The translations under genes and the position numbers were made by a program. Below, piece after piece: positions 24,599-38,019 of a DNA stretch of 64,000 bases. Numbering within the stretch: the stretch's first letter is position 1; each line of letters begins with the position of its first letter. Source of the stretch: Microthyrium microscopicum (lineage: Eukaryota); the NCBI GenBank assembly GCA_010405405.1, contig MU004237.1:879345-943344 (forward strand), given 5' to 3'. Below the pieces are notes generated by a model. That model did not search any database. It was not told where the DNA came from and saw only the letters and a program-made list of their open reading frames with translations.

Positions 24599-26214
24599 TT
24601 ACAGTATGACACAAGAGCCTGCCGCTATTTCTGGCAACGGCTCATTGTCTATCAGTGTCAATCTTTCCTTCTCCGGTAGAGAGATTAGTTCTAACCGCGC
24701 TTTTTCCATCGCAACCCTTGCTTTCAATCGCTTCAAATATGCTCTTAGCCATATGGCACCAGAGTACCAATTCTGAGCTGGGGCCGGGAATTCGTTGTAC
24801 TCGGCTAGCACATTCTCTAGTTCCTCACGCTTTGCTTGCTCACTCTCCAAAGTCCATGCCATAATCATGGGATTCAGCACTCCCGCCCCGTACAGTGGTC
24901 GCAAGCCCAACATATCATGTCCTAGCTTCAGGGCCTCTTCTCTAAGCGAAACACATTCATCGACCAGTGGCCACTCAAGATCTTGCGCATCGCTGAGCGC
25001 ATCGAGAAGGCCGTTCATGAAGAGAGCGAGCCCAAGTAAAATGCCGTAGACGATTTGGAACCGGGCATGTTGTTTCTCAATTGTTGACTTCATTGCGGAT
25101 GCCAGTTCTATTTCAACGCTATTTCGTTCAGCCAGCCGTGCAAGACGATTCCGCGCTTCTGGTATGTCTTCCCGAAGGATGGCGTATGCCTCTCGAATGT
25201 CTGGCCCATACTTCTCCGGCTCCCGTAGGTAGTACGGGAGATTGAGTAGCTTATGTATCTCTATACTTCTGAAAGGGTTGCCGTGGTTAGACTTCCAAGG
25301 CCGAGGTCCTGTGTATTGACGGAGGAGGGGAGTCAAGCTCTCATGAAGTGGTATGTCGTGTCTGAAAATGCATATGTAGATCTGTTGACGGCCAGTCAGA
25401 ATTTCATGAACTTGTGACGAGTTATGCTTACAAGAGACACAGATGCCGTTATGAGAACTTCGTGGTCGAAACGACTAGTCCAACCTTGCTCGATTATGCC
25501 GGGCAGTATATGAGCGAGTACCGCTGTATGATTGACATATGGATCTGGTGGTTTGACAACCATGGTCTATGGAGAAGTTCATCAGCTGTCAAGGTCGAAT
25601 ATCGCGATTACCAACCTGAGTTATTGCTAGAATGGACACTGCACACAAGACATTACCCGTGTATGCCTGCTTTGGGTCGCTCAATGCAGCTTGAGTACTT
25701 CTCAGAGCCTTTCCAAAAGCGGCAAGTGACTCTATGGATATATTCCTGCTCAAAGTATTTCGATGCCCTTGTAGGAAAGCCGCTACAGCAGTGTCAAGAG
25801 CTTCACATGTCCCCATTCGCCGAGGTATCCTGTCCCAGTAGGTGCCATAAACGCTGATATCATATCGCAGGTCCGTAATCTGTAGGAGTGCCACCAAGCC
25901 ACCGCTTGTCATTGTACTGCTATTACTCAAGTTGGCGTTCGGCGACTGTGATGGTTGACCATTGTGCAAAGCTTGAGATTGCGCCGTCAAACTTTGGCCA
26001 TGGATGGTCTGTTCTTGGAACTTCCATCGCTGCTGCCCTGCTCCTGTGCATTCAATGCCTAGTCGCATGCATCTTGAGCATTTTGGCTTTTCCTGGTCAC
26101 ACTATTTCCCGCGTGTCAGCAATCATTCATTAGTGAATGTGGACACGAGAAGATTACTTTTTTCTTTTGCCGACGACAATTATCGCAGCCGCGGCTTCTC
26201 GGTGTTCCAGGCAT
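24599..26214 (-). CDS. Zn(II)2Cys6 transcription factor
   Basis: Spliced N-terminus MPGTPRSRGCDNCRRQKK/CDQEKPKCSRCMRLGIEC, followed by fungal TF helical region exons. Confidence 0.9.
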
Positions 26215-27129
26215 GTTGGTAGAAAATCGGGCGTTATGCTGCGCATGATTTTGCAGAACGATCAAGCCTCCAACGGCTTTATATCGCGCTCTTCAAAGAA
26301 TTCTGGGTGGCGGCAGCCAATGCTGCGGCTCAAGCATTCAGCACACATGAACAGCATAGAATAGGCTGTGTTGTATTATGATTTGATGTCCTTGATTTCT
26401 TAAAGTACAAAGTCCCTTTCCCCTGACGTATGCAAGTCCGCCTCGCAGCATTGTGCACGCAGTCCCGAGCTGCCGATCATTGCCAAAACTGGCGAGATAT
26501 TGCGCTCCCCAGGTTTTCTGGGGAGGTGGCGCATTAGCAGATGAGGCGGGATACAACATATACCGATGCACTTGGGATATTTGCCTTTTGTTGGGCCTTA
26601 TGGCACACGAAGTCGAGGATCTTTGGCCAGTCAATGACCTCAAATGCTCCTTACCAGGCCAGTTGCGTGTCTGCATTCTGTACTCCGGCCATCATTACAT
26701 CTTACTTACCGCTATTGACTTGTCTAATACTCGCCAGATCAACATGTCAATCATGGACCTGCCTTCATGTGTTATCTACGGGCGGACTATTCCCGTAAGA
26801 CCAGAGGTAGCTTCTTCAAGTCACCCAGCCACCAACCTCATTTGGCCATCAGTCCTCCAAGTTTTCAACAATCCACATCGACGATGGCTAAAATTGGAAG
26901 GGGTACAGCTGAACCTTGGCAGCAATGCAGAGAAGATCGTCTTCACTCTGGTGTCTGACTCTTCGAATGATCAAGGCAGACACTCAGGCCAAGGGACCCA
27001 AATCTTGAGGATTAAAGAAGGTATAAAGCTCACTCGAGCTCCCGCTGCGATCTAACACTTCGAGCACTTGCGATTCACTGATATATTTCCATCCTCAAAT
27101 CCTTCTTTGACTGCCGACAAACCCGCATT

Positions 27130-28972
27130 ATGCGTACTTCCTCGCTACTCTACTTGAGCATTTCCTGTCTGGCCATCAATGCCAGTCCGGTTATCTCTGC
27201 TTCTAATGGCACTATGATCCAAGACTGGAAAGACATAACCTCAACACCAGATCTCAACTGGGTTCCATGCTTTGACAACTTCACATGCACAATTCTTCAG
27301 GTAATACTGGACCTCAACTCCAAGTATGTTGTTTGATTTTATCAGGTTCCATTAGACTACACCGACCTTTCCATTGGTAACACGACAGTTCCATTTATCA
27401 AATTTTCGTCCACAAATGCTTCTGCAGAAGACGTCCTTTTCAATCCAGGTATGTACTCATTCTCAGTGACGTCCAGCCATCAGGTGTTGCATTCATGCTA
27501 AATATCTATTAGGTGGCCCCGGCGCATCCGGTATCATCGCAGTCAAGAATGGGTACAAGACTATTCTCTCGGTTATTGGCTCACGAAATAATCTCGTTGG
27601 TTTTGATCCGCGAGGCGTGAACAACAGCGGTCTTTCTCTCGAGTGTTTTCCCAACAACCTGGGTGCCAAAATCGACTTCATCATCGAAACACTCAACAGA
27701 CCCATCGATGATTCTTCCGAGGCAGCAATATATGACACTTACTTGAAAGAAATGGGCTGGGGCGAGCGATGTACTGCGCATCAAGATCCAAAGCAGCCCA
27801 AGCAGTATGCCAATACTGTAGCCGTAGCCAACGACATGAGATACTACTCTGAGCTCCGTGCAAAGAGTCTTGGGTTGCCAGTTGAGACGTCCAAACTTTG
27901 GTATTATGGCACAAGCTATGGCACCATCTTAGGCGAGACATACGCGACTCTGTTCCCAGACCGAATTGGACGGATGTTACTGGACGGCGTGGTTGATAGC
28001 GAAGAGTGGTACTCAGGCTCATTTCTCGGTTCACTTGTGCATGCCGATGCGGGAATGAAAACCTTCTTCGCAGACTGCTTTGCCGCTGGACCAGCTCACT
28101 GTTCGTTTTCAGGAAATTCAACTAGCGCAGATGACATTGAAAGGCGTTTCTACACCCTTTTTGAACAAATCCAGAAGCGGCCCCTGCTTGCTGATGTGGC
28201 CTTGACTGCCACGCCAGTCACTGTTACCTGGCGCGAGATCAAGTACGTCTTTTTCGAAGCACTGTATGATCCATCTCTGTCATTTGCCGGACTGGCGGAC
28301 ACTTTGGCAGATCTGGAGCAAGGAAACGGAACATCTCTGGCCATGCTTTCGTCTCAGGCCGACTTGCAACTGGCCTACAACAATAGCCAGGTAGTTTATG
28401 CAGATGTTCTAGCGCTATCAGAGATCGGCTGTATTGACGCAGCTGGACGACACAATGTTTCAGCTTTCGAGGATTACCTGGACTATGTCCACGAGCAGGT
28501 CAATATAAGCTGGATTGGTGGCGGTCAGTGGGCGGTAGCAACGGCAGGTGCATGTACGAGGCTCGATATAAAGCCACCACAGAGTCAATTATTCCAAGGT
28601 TAGTGACAATTAATTATGTCTAGGCGATGTACTAATCAATTTAGGTACCTCTGGGTCCAACCACACTTCAGTGCCTATTCTTTTTCTCAGTAATACGTTG
28701 GATCCGGTTGCACCAATTGAGAGTGCAAGAAAAGAGTCTTCCCGTTTCGCCGGCTCCACCGTACTTACTCTGAATGGTACAGCCGTAAGTACTCCATCTC
28801 TCTGCTTGAGGATACCCAAACTAATCAATGGTGATTCTCATAGCACTGTGGTCTTCAAAATCCATCCGTTTGCCAGCATCAGCATACCCAGAAGTACATG
28901 CTTGATGCAACCTTGCCTCCTGCCGGAACTGTCTGCGGACGTACAGCTATACCGTTTGGTTCGACTACATAA
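27130..28972 (+). CDS. Secreted alpha/beta hydrolase, TAP-like (peptidase S33)
   Basis: Signal peptide; NPG/GPGASG, GFDPRGV, nucleophile GTSYG, LDGVV, NTLDPVAP, C-terminal HC and LPPAGTVC; four introns. Confidence 0.9.
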
Positions 28973-29467
28973 AGAGCGGTGTCAATTAGAGCTTGAGTCA
29001 AGGATGGTTTCTGCGACTATGATTTAGTTCCTTTGGACTTTGCCCAAGCAGATAAACTGATGAAAGTCAGGTCAAACAGTTGAGTGTGCTCAAGGGGCGG
29101 CGAGGTCTCCATCACTTTTAAAGTAATTTAATTTCGAAATTAGCCATGATGGTCTGATAGTTACATCTATGGAAGATATCTCTCATTCAATCCCCATCAA
29201 GTTCTAATTTCATCAATTTTCTTCACAGCAGATCATCATTCTTTGAACAGTTTCACTCGGATTCTTGACTTATCCATCCCGGATCACGGAGAACACACTA
29301 CTAGGATAGCAATCAATCAAGAGAACTGATAGCTCGCAGTCACCAGGCCTGTACTATTTCAACCTGTTCCAACCCGCTCAATCGACACTACAAGCGCTGG
29401 TCTCCTGGTCCTTCTGGAAATCCTTCTGGCTTGCAACGTCGAACTCAGCTCAGAGTCGAAGCTTGTA

Positions 29468-30618
29468 TCAAAGCCGCGCTCTGGTTTCATAATTCTATTA
29501 CTGATCAGCGGTATGAACAAGCACAAAGTAGTCTCACCTACCGTCTCCTCAACATAATCCAACCCCAAAACATCAAGAAGTCCCTTCTCTTGCAGCTTCA
29601 GCTCCTCATTTACCTTCCTCCACACTCTTTGCCGGCAATCTGGATCCTTTGCGTGCGGCATTGGTTCTGCTATCGTCGTTCGGCTAACATATTTTCCTCC
29701 TTCAGACATGCCTGTGACGCCTTTGAGAATACACAAGCTGCCTTGCTGAGAGTTAATAGCCATAAGCCTTGTGGCCAGCCTGAAAGCGGTAATTTTCAGA
29801 AGACCCATCAAGCCCTCCAGTTTCAAGTTCCAGATTTCCGAGTTGACCCATCCTGGATGGACACCATTGATGATGATGTGTTTGTATTGATCATTCTGTA
29901 GCAAGCGGCGTTGCATCTCTGTCAGCCAGACTTGGAACCATAACTTGTTGTTGGAGTAGAAGTGTGCTCCATCTCGACTGGGCAACTTTATTTCGCCATT
30001 GCAATTTCTCAAGTCAAAATCTCCGTTGAACTGCATGGACGAGACTGTACAAGTAACCCGTGGCTGAGGTGCCCTGGCCAGCGCAGGGAGAAGTCGTAAG
30101 GTACACAGAACATGCGAGAGAAAGTTCACCTGGTGATGAATCTCAAACCCGTCCGAAGTTTTGAACAGATCCGCGCCATTCGGAGTTCCTCCAATTCCAG
30201 CATTGTTGCAAAGTACATCCAGTGGTCGTCCTGTATCGAGCCATCTTTGCGCAAATGCTTCAACGCTGTCTAATTTGCTGTAGTCCGTCTCCCACCATTC
30301 GAAGGTTGTGTTGTGATGGCCATGAGCTTTGGCTGCTTCCTGGCACTCTTTTACTACTTGGTCTGGGTGAGGCTCATATGGAGGAGGACTTCGACATCCC
30401 AGAATGATATTGGCGCCCCATTTTGCGAATTGCAAAGTTGCTTCTCGACCGATTCCACTGTTGGCTCCTACGACTATGATCCATTTGCCAGTCAAATCTG
30501 CGTCTGGTACTGATAGTGTCTCTCTAGACAAGCCGGCCTTGTTCTGTTGGTCCCTCCATGCCTTAGAAGGCTCTTCAAATGACAACGGAGCGCCAAGGGG
30601 GATCTGGTTGATGTCCAT
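29468..30618 (-). CDS. Short-chain dehydrogenase/reductase (retinol dehydrogenase/WWOX-like), probably peroxisomal
   Basis: GANSGIG, NNAG, YSNNK, VHPG. A predicted phase-0 intron 29495-29541 gives the C-terminus NYETRARL*. Confidence 0.88.
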
Positions 30619-32437
30619 CCTATTTTCTGACCGAAACTAATTGGTTACAGCTGGTCATACACAGAACATATTTACCGGCCAAAAACGAGGAAGCAAGGTT
30701 TCTGGCCCTGGGTACTTTATATTGTTGCCCCACGATTTCACGTTATAGTGTTTCTGGCATTACCGAGTTCAATTTATGTAGCTTTGTATTTGACTGGCCC
30801 TATTTTACGAGTATGTTCCCACTGGTGTACTTCGCGACAACTACGCGATGGCTACAGCCTAATACTTCACCGGATCATAGAATACATGCAAAAGGAGACC
30901 AAATAAACCCATTTAAACTTACATAATGAAGCCATCGTTCGCAACCCAGATGACAAATAACCCTTTTTGAAACCCTTCTCAAATCTTCAATTGAATTCAT
31001 GTTGCGTATGAATAATTAATGATCTTATTTCAGGCTAGAGTAACTTATTCGACGCCACCGCTATAATTCACCCTTTCCTACCTGTTACTCTCGACTCTCG
31101 AGATTCAGCACAAAACGAAATGCAGACAAATTATGCGAACTGGAGTATTATGCTTGTTATAATTAAAATTCTTGTCTTAGCAAGACTGTGATATCTCTGC
31201 ATAGGGGTACCAAGAAGCTCATTTTGAGAGGTAAATTGCCGCCAAAGAAGGATTCAGCCACACCCCCTGTTCTCGCCGTTAACAAGATTATCTGTACACG
31301 CCCCGATAAATTCTCAAAGACCTCCCTTCAGTGCCGCTGTCTTGATTATTCATCGTCTCAGAGGCCAGAACGGTCGGTCTGCAACAGAGCGCTAATGTGA
31401 GCTTGACTGGCCATGTGTCTCTGTCGTACTTGCTGGGTGAACGATCTGATCCAGGATAAAATCTCGCGATAAGACTTGGGTCACTCGAAAACGGTCGCTT
31501 TCCTCTGACTGGCGTTTGAACTGACCAGCGCATAGAGCGCGACCCAGAATTCGCGATGACGCTCAGGCGCTGCAGCAGAATATCTGTTATTGACAAAAGA
31601 GAGATATAAACATGAAAGATGTTTCGTTCTGGAAAGGAAACAATTATCCTCCGAAATGCAGGTACCGGCATATACCGTACCAGGGCCCTTGCGGAGATTG
31701 GAATATCTTAGCCTGATTTGAGTTGTGCGCTGACTTTGACTGAGTCGACTTCAAAAGCAAGGAAAATTTCTAAAATACTGCAAAGTCAGTCTCAACTGAA
31801 TTGTCTTGCATTCGACCTGTAGACAGAATCAAAAGATCTCTGCCCTCCGGAAATACCCAAGCATAGATTGTGTAGTGTTCTTTCAATCTTTCTCATTTCC
31901 GAGTCTGACGATAGCAATTGGATTGCAAAAGAGATGTGGAATCTGAGTTAGCCGCCATCGCAGGTGGAGCAGAATGTCAGAAACGTCAGAAATGTAAAAG
32001 TTGACGGGCGCATCTGACATTTTGTGAAACCGTTGAGGCTGTTCCCTGCGAATTTCTTGCGTTGTTGGTAAAACGACGACCCACGCCATTCTAATCTTAA
32101 TCAGGGGTAGGCTGTATTTAGTGCACAACAAGATGAGATACAATCAGAAAAGTAGGAGAACAACCGTTGATGCGGATCCTTGGCTGAGAATGTCACATTT
32201 TGGCGCCTTGGAGAGATAAGCACACAAAAATGTAATGCGACTGTTATAAACTGCTGCATATCGAACCTGTTTTCGACCTCATTTGACAACACACTCCTTT
32301 GAATGTTCAAGTCGCTCTTTTGACAATCGATATACCTCTATTGAAGGCTGGCCTCTCCTTCACTTTTTTCTTTCTAACACACACTCTTTTATAACCCAAT
32401 CACACTCGTTTTTCGCAGGATTTCGAAATATTTCAAC

Positions 32438-34640
32438 ATGTTCTTTGGTCGGGTATCAATCGTGCTGTTGGCCACTTCCAGGCCAGTCCTTGGATTCATT
32501 CGATTTGGATGTGGAAACAATTTGGTAATTATACGGCGCATTCATGAATGTCACTATTATCAATTGACATTTCCTAGGTAGAAGAGCGAGCCGATCCCAT
32601 TGTCGCCCCAGGCCAAGTTGCCGGCCATGTGCACAAAATTGCTGGGTACAAAATGAGCTTTCCAACTTTACGACGCAAGTGCTAATCACCATTTACAGTG
32701 GAAGCGGATTTGGGTTCTCAATGGATTACGCCCAGGCCCGTTCCTCTAGCTGCTCTTCGTGCCCTATCAAAGAAGACTTCTCGAATTACTGGACTCCAAA
32801 GCTCTATTACCAATATCAGAACGGCACATTTCAGTCCGTTCCTACCGTTGGAGATAGCATGGCCGACTTGAACGGTGGTATGACCGTCTATTATCGTATG
32901 TCATCTTCCAGTGGAGATGTCCCGTTTCCGATTCGCTGACAGAAAATCCAGTACAACGTGGTCCAGCAGCAGACTCGAAGACATTGAAGGCTTTTCCAGA
33001 AGGGTTTCGCATGCTGGCCGGAGATAGCTCGAAGCGCAGCTTCTCCAACGACTTTGCCGGTCAAGCTATCAGCTACAGTTGCCTTGGTGGCAACCAGCCG
33101 GAGACAAATGCCATGCCCAACTACAACTGCCCTGGAGGTTTGAGAGCGCAGGTCTTCTTTCCATCTTGCTGGGACGGAGTGAATCTAGACTCAACTGACC
33201 ACAAGTCTCATCTCTCGTATCCATCCACTGGCGCTTACAACAGTGGTGGATGTCCTTCAACTCACCCTGTACAGCTCATCAGCTTGTTCTTCGAAGTTTT
33301 GTATGATACCAACCAGTTCGCATCTATGTGGTATGGTCAGAACCACCCGTTCGTTTTTGCCAATGGAGATCCTACAGGATATGGGTTCCATGGTGATTTT
33401 GTAAGTACACTAAGGGGATTTTCAATACCGACTAACATCTTTAGGTCAACGGCTGGGATATCGGTGTTCTGCAGAATGTTGTTGATCAATGCGACGATCT
33501 CTCTGCTCAAGGTGTGGTTGACGCATGCAGTGCGGTCACACAATTCACTCAAGCAGAGCAGAACGCCTGTAGGCTTCCATCTCAAATCAACGAACAAGTG
33601 GCAGGATATTTGCCAGCGCTCCCCGGTTGCAATCCAGTGACTCCTGGGCCCGGCCCTGCAGCAGCGGCGAGTTGTCCAGGCGCGGTCAGAGCCGTAATTG
33701 GTTCTGGTCCAAGCTATTTCACAGACGCAACATCGAAAGGCTGGGCGTTCCAAGGCTGCGCTACGGATGGCTCTACTCGCACATTGACTGATAAGACCAC
33801 CCTTTACACCGCTGGTGCTGGTGACACTATGACGGTCGAGACGTGCTTGACGTTTTGTCAGGGATATACCTTTGCTGGGCTGGAATATGGACAAGAGTGA
33901 GATTATCATAAACTCGCCACTGACATATTGCTAACTTATCGCAGATGCTATTGCGGCAATACAGTGGCTGCCGATCGAGCCCCTCAGGCCGGTATTTTGG
34001 GAGAGTGTAACATGAAGTGCAAGGTAAGCTTTTCCTTTCCAAGACCAATCATGGTTCTTGACCATACACGATCATGCCAACGCGTGGGCACGACGGCGCA
34101 AGTTGGCTCGGCATTTCATCTTAGACTGATACTATACAGGGTGACTCCACAGAATTCTGCGGTGGTCCAGCGGCTCTGTCCTTATATAAAGCATGTGCCT
34201 CTACCAGCAATTGCCAAAACGTGCCATTCGAAGGCTCAACAGGAGCCATCAACTCCACGCTGCCAATTGCCAATCCAGTGGCTGTATCCTCTGCCCCATA
34301 CTCCATAATATCATCGACAATACCTTCTTGGAACTACACTGGGGTTGCATCCATACCTACACCATCCACTCTATTAGTTTTGTCCACATCAGTATTGGCA
34401 GGAAAGCAGCCATCTGTGGTTCCGGTCTCAAAGCCTGCTGCTCCAGTCGCAGTGCCAGTATCAGAGCCAGTAACTTCAATCGCTGTACCTGTACCTTCAG
34501 TCGCTGTGCCAGTCTCGCCAATTGCTTTGCCAGCATCGAAATCCCTTGCAACAACAGCAGCGCCAGTCGCAGCATCGAGTGTCTGCAAGGCTAAGACGGT
34601 GACTGTGATCAAACAGTACACAGTCTACACTCATATTTGA
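32438..34640 (+). CDS. Secreted DUF1996 + WSC domain protein with Ser/Pro/Val-rich tail
   Basis: ERADPIV.PG...HVH, DFSNYWTPKLY, FPSCWDG.NLDS.DHKSH, GYGFHGDF; WSC motif MTVETC..FC.GY.FAGLEYGQECYCG; multiple introns. Confidence 0.92.
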
Positions 34641-34939
34641 TTGACCACTTCTCATGATACACCAAAAAGCCTATCATACACTTCTATTTCATGTTCACTT
34701 CTCAACCATAGATCAGCACTCTGATCCGGGTCTTGCTGGCACACACCTGTTGGTTTCATCATCATTGTTCGAGCTATACCGAAGCCAATGGCTATGACAT
34801 TCAACGACGAGACCATTTACGGTTCTTGGTGGAATAAGATTTTGTTATATTTCAATTACATACTACAGAAGCCTTTGAAGTCACCATATATCATGAAGAG
34901 TACCAACTACTCTCATCAAGCGCTATGTATATTCATTCT

Positions 34940-35309
34940 TTAGCAGCGGCCACCAGTGCGGCACTCTCTGCCTTGTCCACGCCCTATGTCATGAGCACCC
35001 TTCTCAATGTTGTTGATTCCTTTGCCGATTTGACCACGCTCAATCTCGCGCTCGCCCCTGCGCTCCTCAGCGCGGCCATCGTGCTTTTGGTCTCGGCCAC
35101 GCTCACAAGCGGAGTGTTCTCCTCGGTCTGAGATGTAATTAGCTTTTGTTCCTAGAAAGATATATTGAAGGTGTCTAGAACTTACAGGCTCCATTGCAGC
35201 CATCTTGGGCATCTTGTGGGGCAGCAGCTACGGCATTGGTAGCGACATCGACTGGTGCGGCGATAGCAAGGCCGAGGATGGCGAAGAGGATGGTCTTGGT
35301 GAAAAGCAT
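34940..35309 (-). CDS. Small secreted Gly/Arg/Glu-rich protein with 4 Cys (103 aa), candidate effector
   Basis: MLFTKTILFAILGLAIAAP signal peptide; intron 35128-35185 keeps the frame; ends GRECRTGGRC*. Confidence 0.82.
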
Positions 35310-37141
35310 TTTGAAAGAGTGTTGGTTGGTTTAAAAGATTGTGGTTTGGTTGTGTTGTTTGGTTGTTTGAATGCTGTGATGTAGTGATGTGTTGATGTCC
35401 TGAAGTTGAGAAGCCATCGTGGTCTTATATACACCAACGGCTCTTGCCACCCTCGAAGATATAAAAAAAGATCCACACTATCGCATCTATTTACTACACA
35501 TTATGACAGGTTCAATATACCAACTTTCAATCTAATCGTCACTGTTCATTGTCAGAACAGTCCTTGGCAGGTGGATCATGATGTTGAAAATGCTATCACC
35601 CTTGTCTTACAATATACTCCTTACTCCGTCACTGGTGGAAAAGAAATTACAATGTCTCCATTTTGGTTGTTTTGGGGGCCTATATGGCAATATGTTATCT
35701 TGAAAGACCTCAAATTCGGACTTTCGAGCTAATATAAGACCGTACATCACAGGGCAAGGTGTCTATAAATCGATCAGAAAACCCCTGTTATTATTCACAT
35801 CCACGGGAGCTTGTGGTCAAAGAGTCAATCGAATATTTCGGAAACCAATGCATTCCCGAAGCTTGATCGAGCCAAGATCGGCTTATTCTGAACGCTCGAG
35901 ATGGTAATGCTCTGCAGGACTTTACATCCAGAGGCACAATTGGTAACTTCGTGCTTGTTCATAGCTTCAACGACATGCTCATGCTATTCAGAAGCAATGG
36001 GACAGAGCTTTACTGTTTCTACTATCTTGTGCTCGTGAGCAAAATCTTCCTCTCTACAGACTAATGCTCGGAATAAACTATCCCTCTAAGCTCTCTCAAG
36101 CTTTGTGGTGCAGGGACATGTAATTTAAAACCAGTTGATCTACACCAGGCGTATCGGAACTTGCGAATAGGAAGACGGGGTAACATGAAACTCCCAATTG
36201 TACGGTTAGCACTATACACTTAAACGCCATGATACATAACGGCAGCAGCAGATACTACTTGTCAAACCCATTCAGAGTCTAGTCCTCAAACTAAATTTAG
36301 AAATACTTGGTATAAACGCTCGAGGATAATAACTCGATCCCTAAACATTAACGTCATAAATAATAAGCTGCAATTACCATTTCACAAATAGTGTTTCAGC
36401 CTTTCTCAACTTATATGACCATTTTGGTCTAGACATGTCTGTTGATGCTAGATTGACGTATAGCCAAGCTTTTGAATGAACTTCATAAAGATAAATGTTG
36501 TTTGAGGTCTAAGGTGAAAGGGGAAATGTCAATATTTTCTTTCATGCTAGAACATACAAAGATATACATAGATCTATTAGATTGAGATGCCCTCATGGTA
36601 CCGGATAAACCCACCTGTCAGTCGATCGCGAGAGACTACGTCCGCTAGACTTTTGAAGTCAAAGCTAATTACGGCCCGCTCAGTCTTAAACAAAGTTTTC
36701 AAAGTTCCGTTCCTATCTCAAAATAGAAAAGATTTAGGTCTTTGACCGAATGACGCCCGAGCGAGTTTGTTCATTGTTTGACTGTCAAGAGTCAAACAGC
36801 ATGTTTGTCTCCATGGAAAGCGGACGAAATACCCGATGTATTAGTGCTTCAAGAAGATGCTCACTAACGATCAGCTTCAATACAGCGAGATACTGCTTCG
36901 TTGCTCACATTCGAAAATTTCTCCCAAATCAACCACTGGGAGACAAGTCATCACTGCCAGGAAGGCATTTGTACGATATTATAATGGAATATCTTCTAAC
37001 TATAGTATGCTCAACTGCTCTCAACTTCTTTACTCAGACATATTTTCATCATGGTAATACCCAAAGCCTGTACTCGAATTTATCGTGGTTGATCACAATA
37101 TAAGATATCAACGCCAACGCCAATTTCTTTCAAAAAAGAAT

Positions 37142-38019
37142 TTACATGACCAGAGCTGCCAGCCCTATAAGCAACCCCAAGGCACCAGGTACAGTCTTTT
37201 CTGCTCCATTGCCCTTGGCCGTCGCTCCGTTTCCTGTATTCGCTCCTGCTGAGCCTGTCGCTGCTGGAGGAGCTGCACTTGGAGCCAGACTACTCATGAC
37301 TATCGTTCCGTTCAGTCCACCAGAGCTACCAGCGCTGAAGCCTGTGCCAGATGGTGGGAAGCTCGATGATGAAGCTGATGCGCTAGTGTTCTGGACTGTG
37401 ATATAGTTGGCCGCCAGCGGCAGGCTGAGGCTTGTTTGCGCAGCAAAGCTGGTCAGATCAAAGCCAACTCGGGCAGCGCTGGAGGACGGTGGGTTGATGT
37501 TGTCAAAAGTTGATGGGATGGTGAAACCGTCAGGTTGAGCGAATAGCAGGAAGACATAGCGATGGGGGCTGTCGCCGGCTGGTGGAGATGGTGGTAGATA
37601 TGGTGCGCCTTGACTGGAGGAGAAGCTAGCTGGTGTGGTAGAGAGGTCGATGTTGGGCGAGAGCCAGTGGAGGAGAGTGGTGCGAGTGCCGTTACGAGGG
37701 ACATCGAGATCCATCATTATGAGTAGGCCGGTGGTGGCATTGGCGACGAATGTCGTGGCATTAGGTGGAGTGGTGAGAAGTGAGGAGTCGATGTTGATTT
37801 CTGGTTCTGCAGATATGCCTGGTTGATGTTAGTGGGCTTCTCCTTGACATTTTTAGATCGCATACCTGATTGGGGTAGTTGTTGGCCAGCTGGTATACTG
37901 GAGCCATCGTAGACTATTGTTAATGAAGTATCGACCTCTGGTATGAAGCCATTTGGTGTTTGTGCGGCGACGAGGCTGAGCAAGGCTGCTAATAGCGAAC
38001 CCAAACGAATTGGACCCAT
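37142..38019 (-). CDS. PEBP-family protein, secreted, probably GPI-anchored
   Basis: Signal peptide; intron 37819-37865; MMDLDVP...LLHWL, PYLPPSPPAGDSPHRYVFLLF; Ser/Gly/Ala stalk and hydrophobic C-terminus. Confidence 0.9.

Noticed and set aside
26453..27055. 200-aa ORF between the Zn2Cys6 gene and the hydrolase
   Set aside because: Non-ATG start, no motifs, and it spans a divergent promoter including the hydrolase TATA-like element.
29359..29467. C-terminal extension of the 419-aa SDR ORF
   Set aside because: Most likely read-through of an unspliced terminal intron.
19603..30618. Secondary-metabolite cluster (dioxygenase, GNAT, TF, hydrolase, SDR)
   Set aside because: No PKS, NRPS, terpene synthase or RiPP precursor; xanA has its own purine-regulon site.
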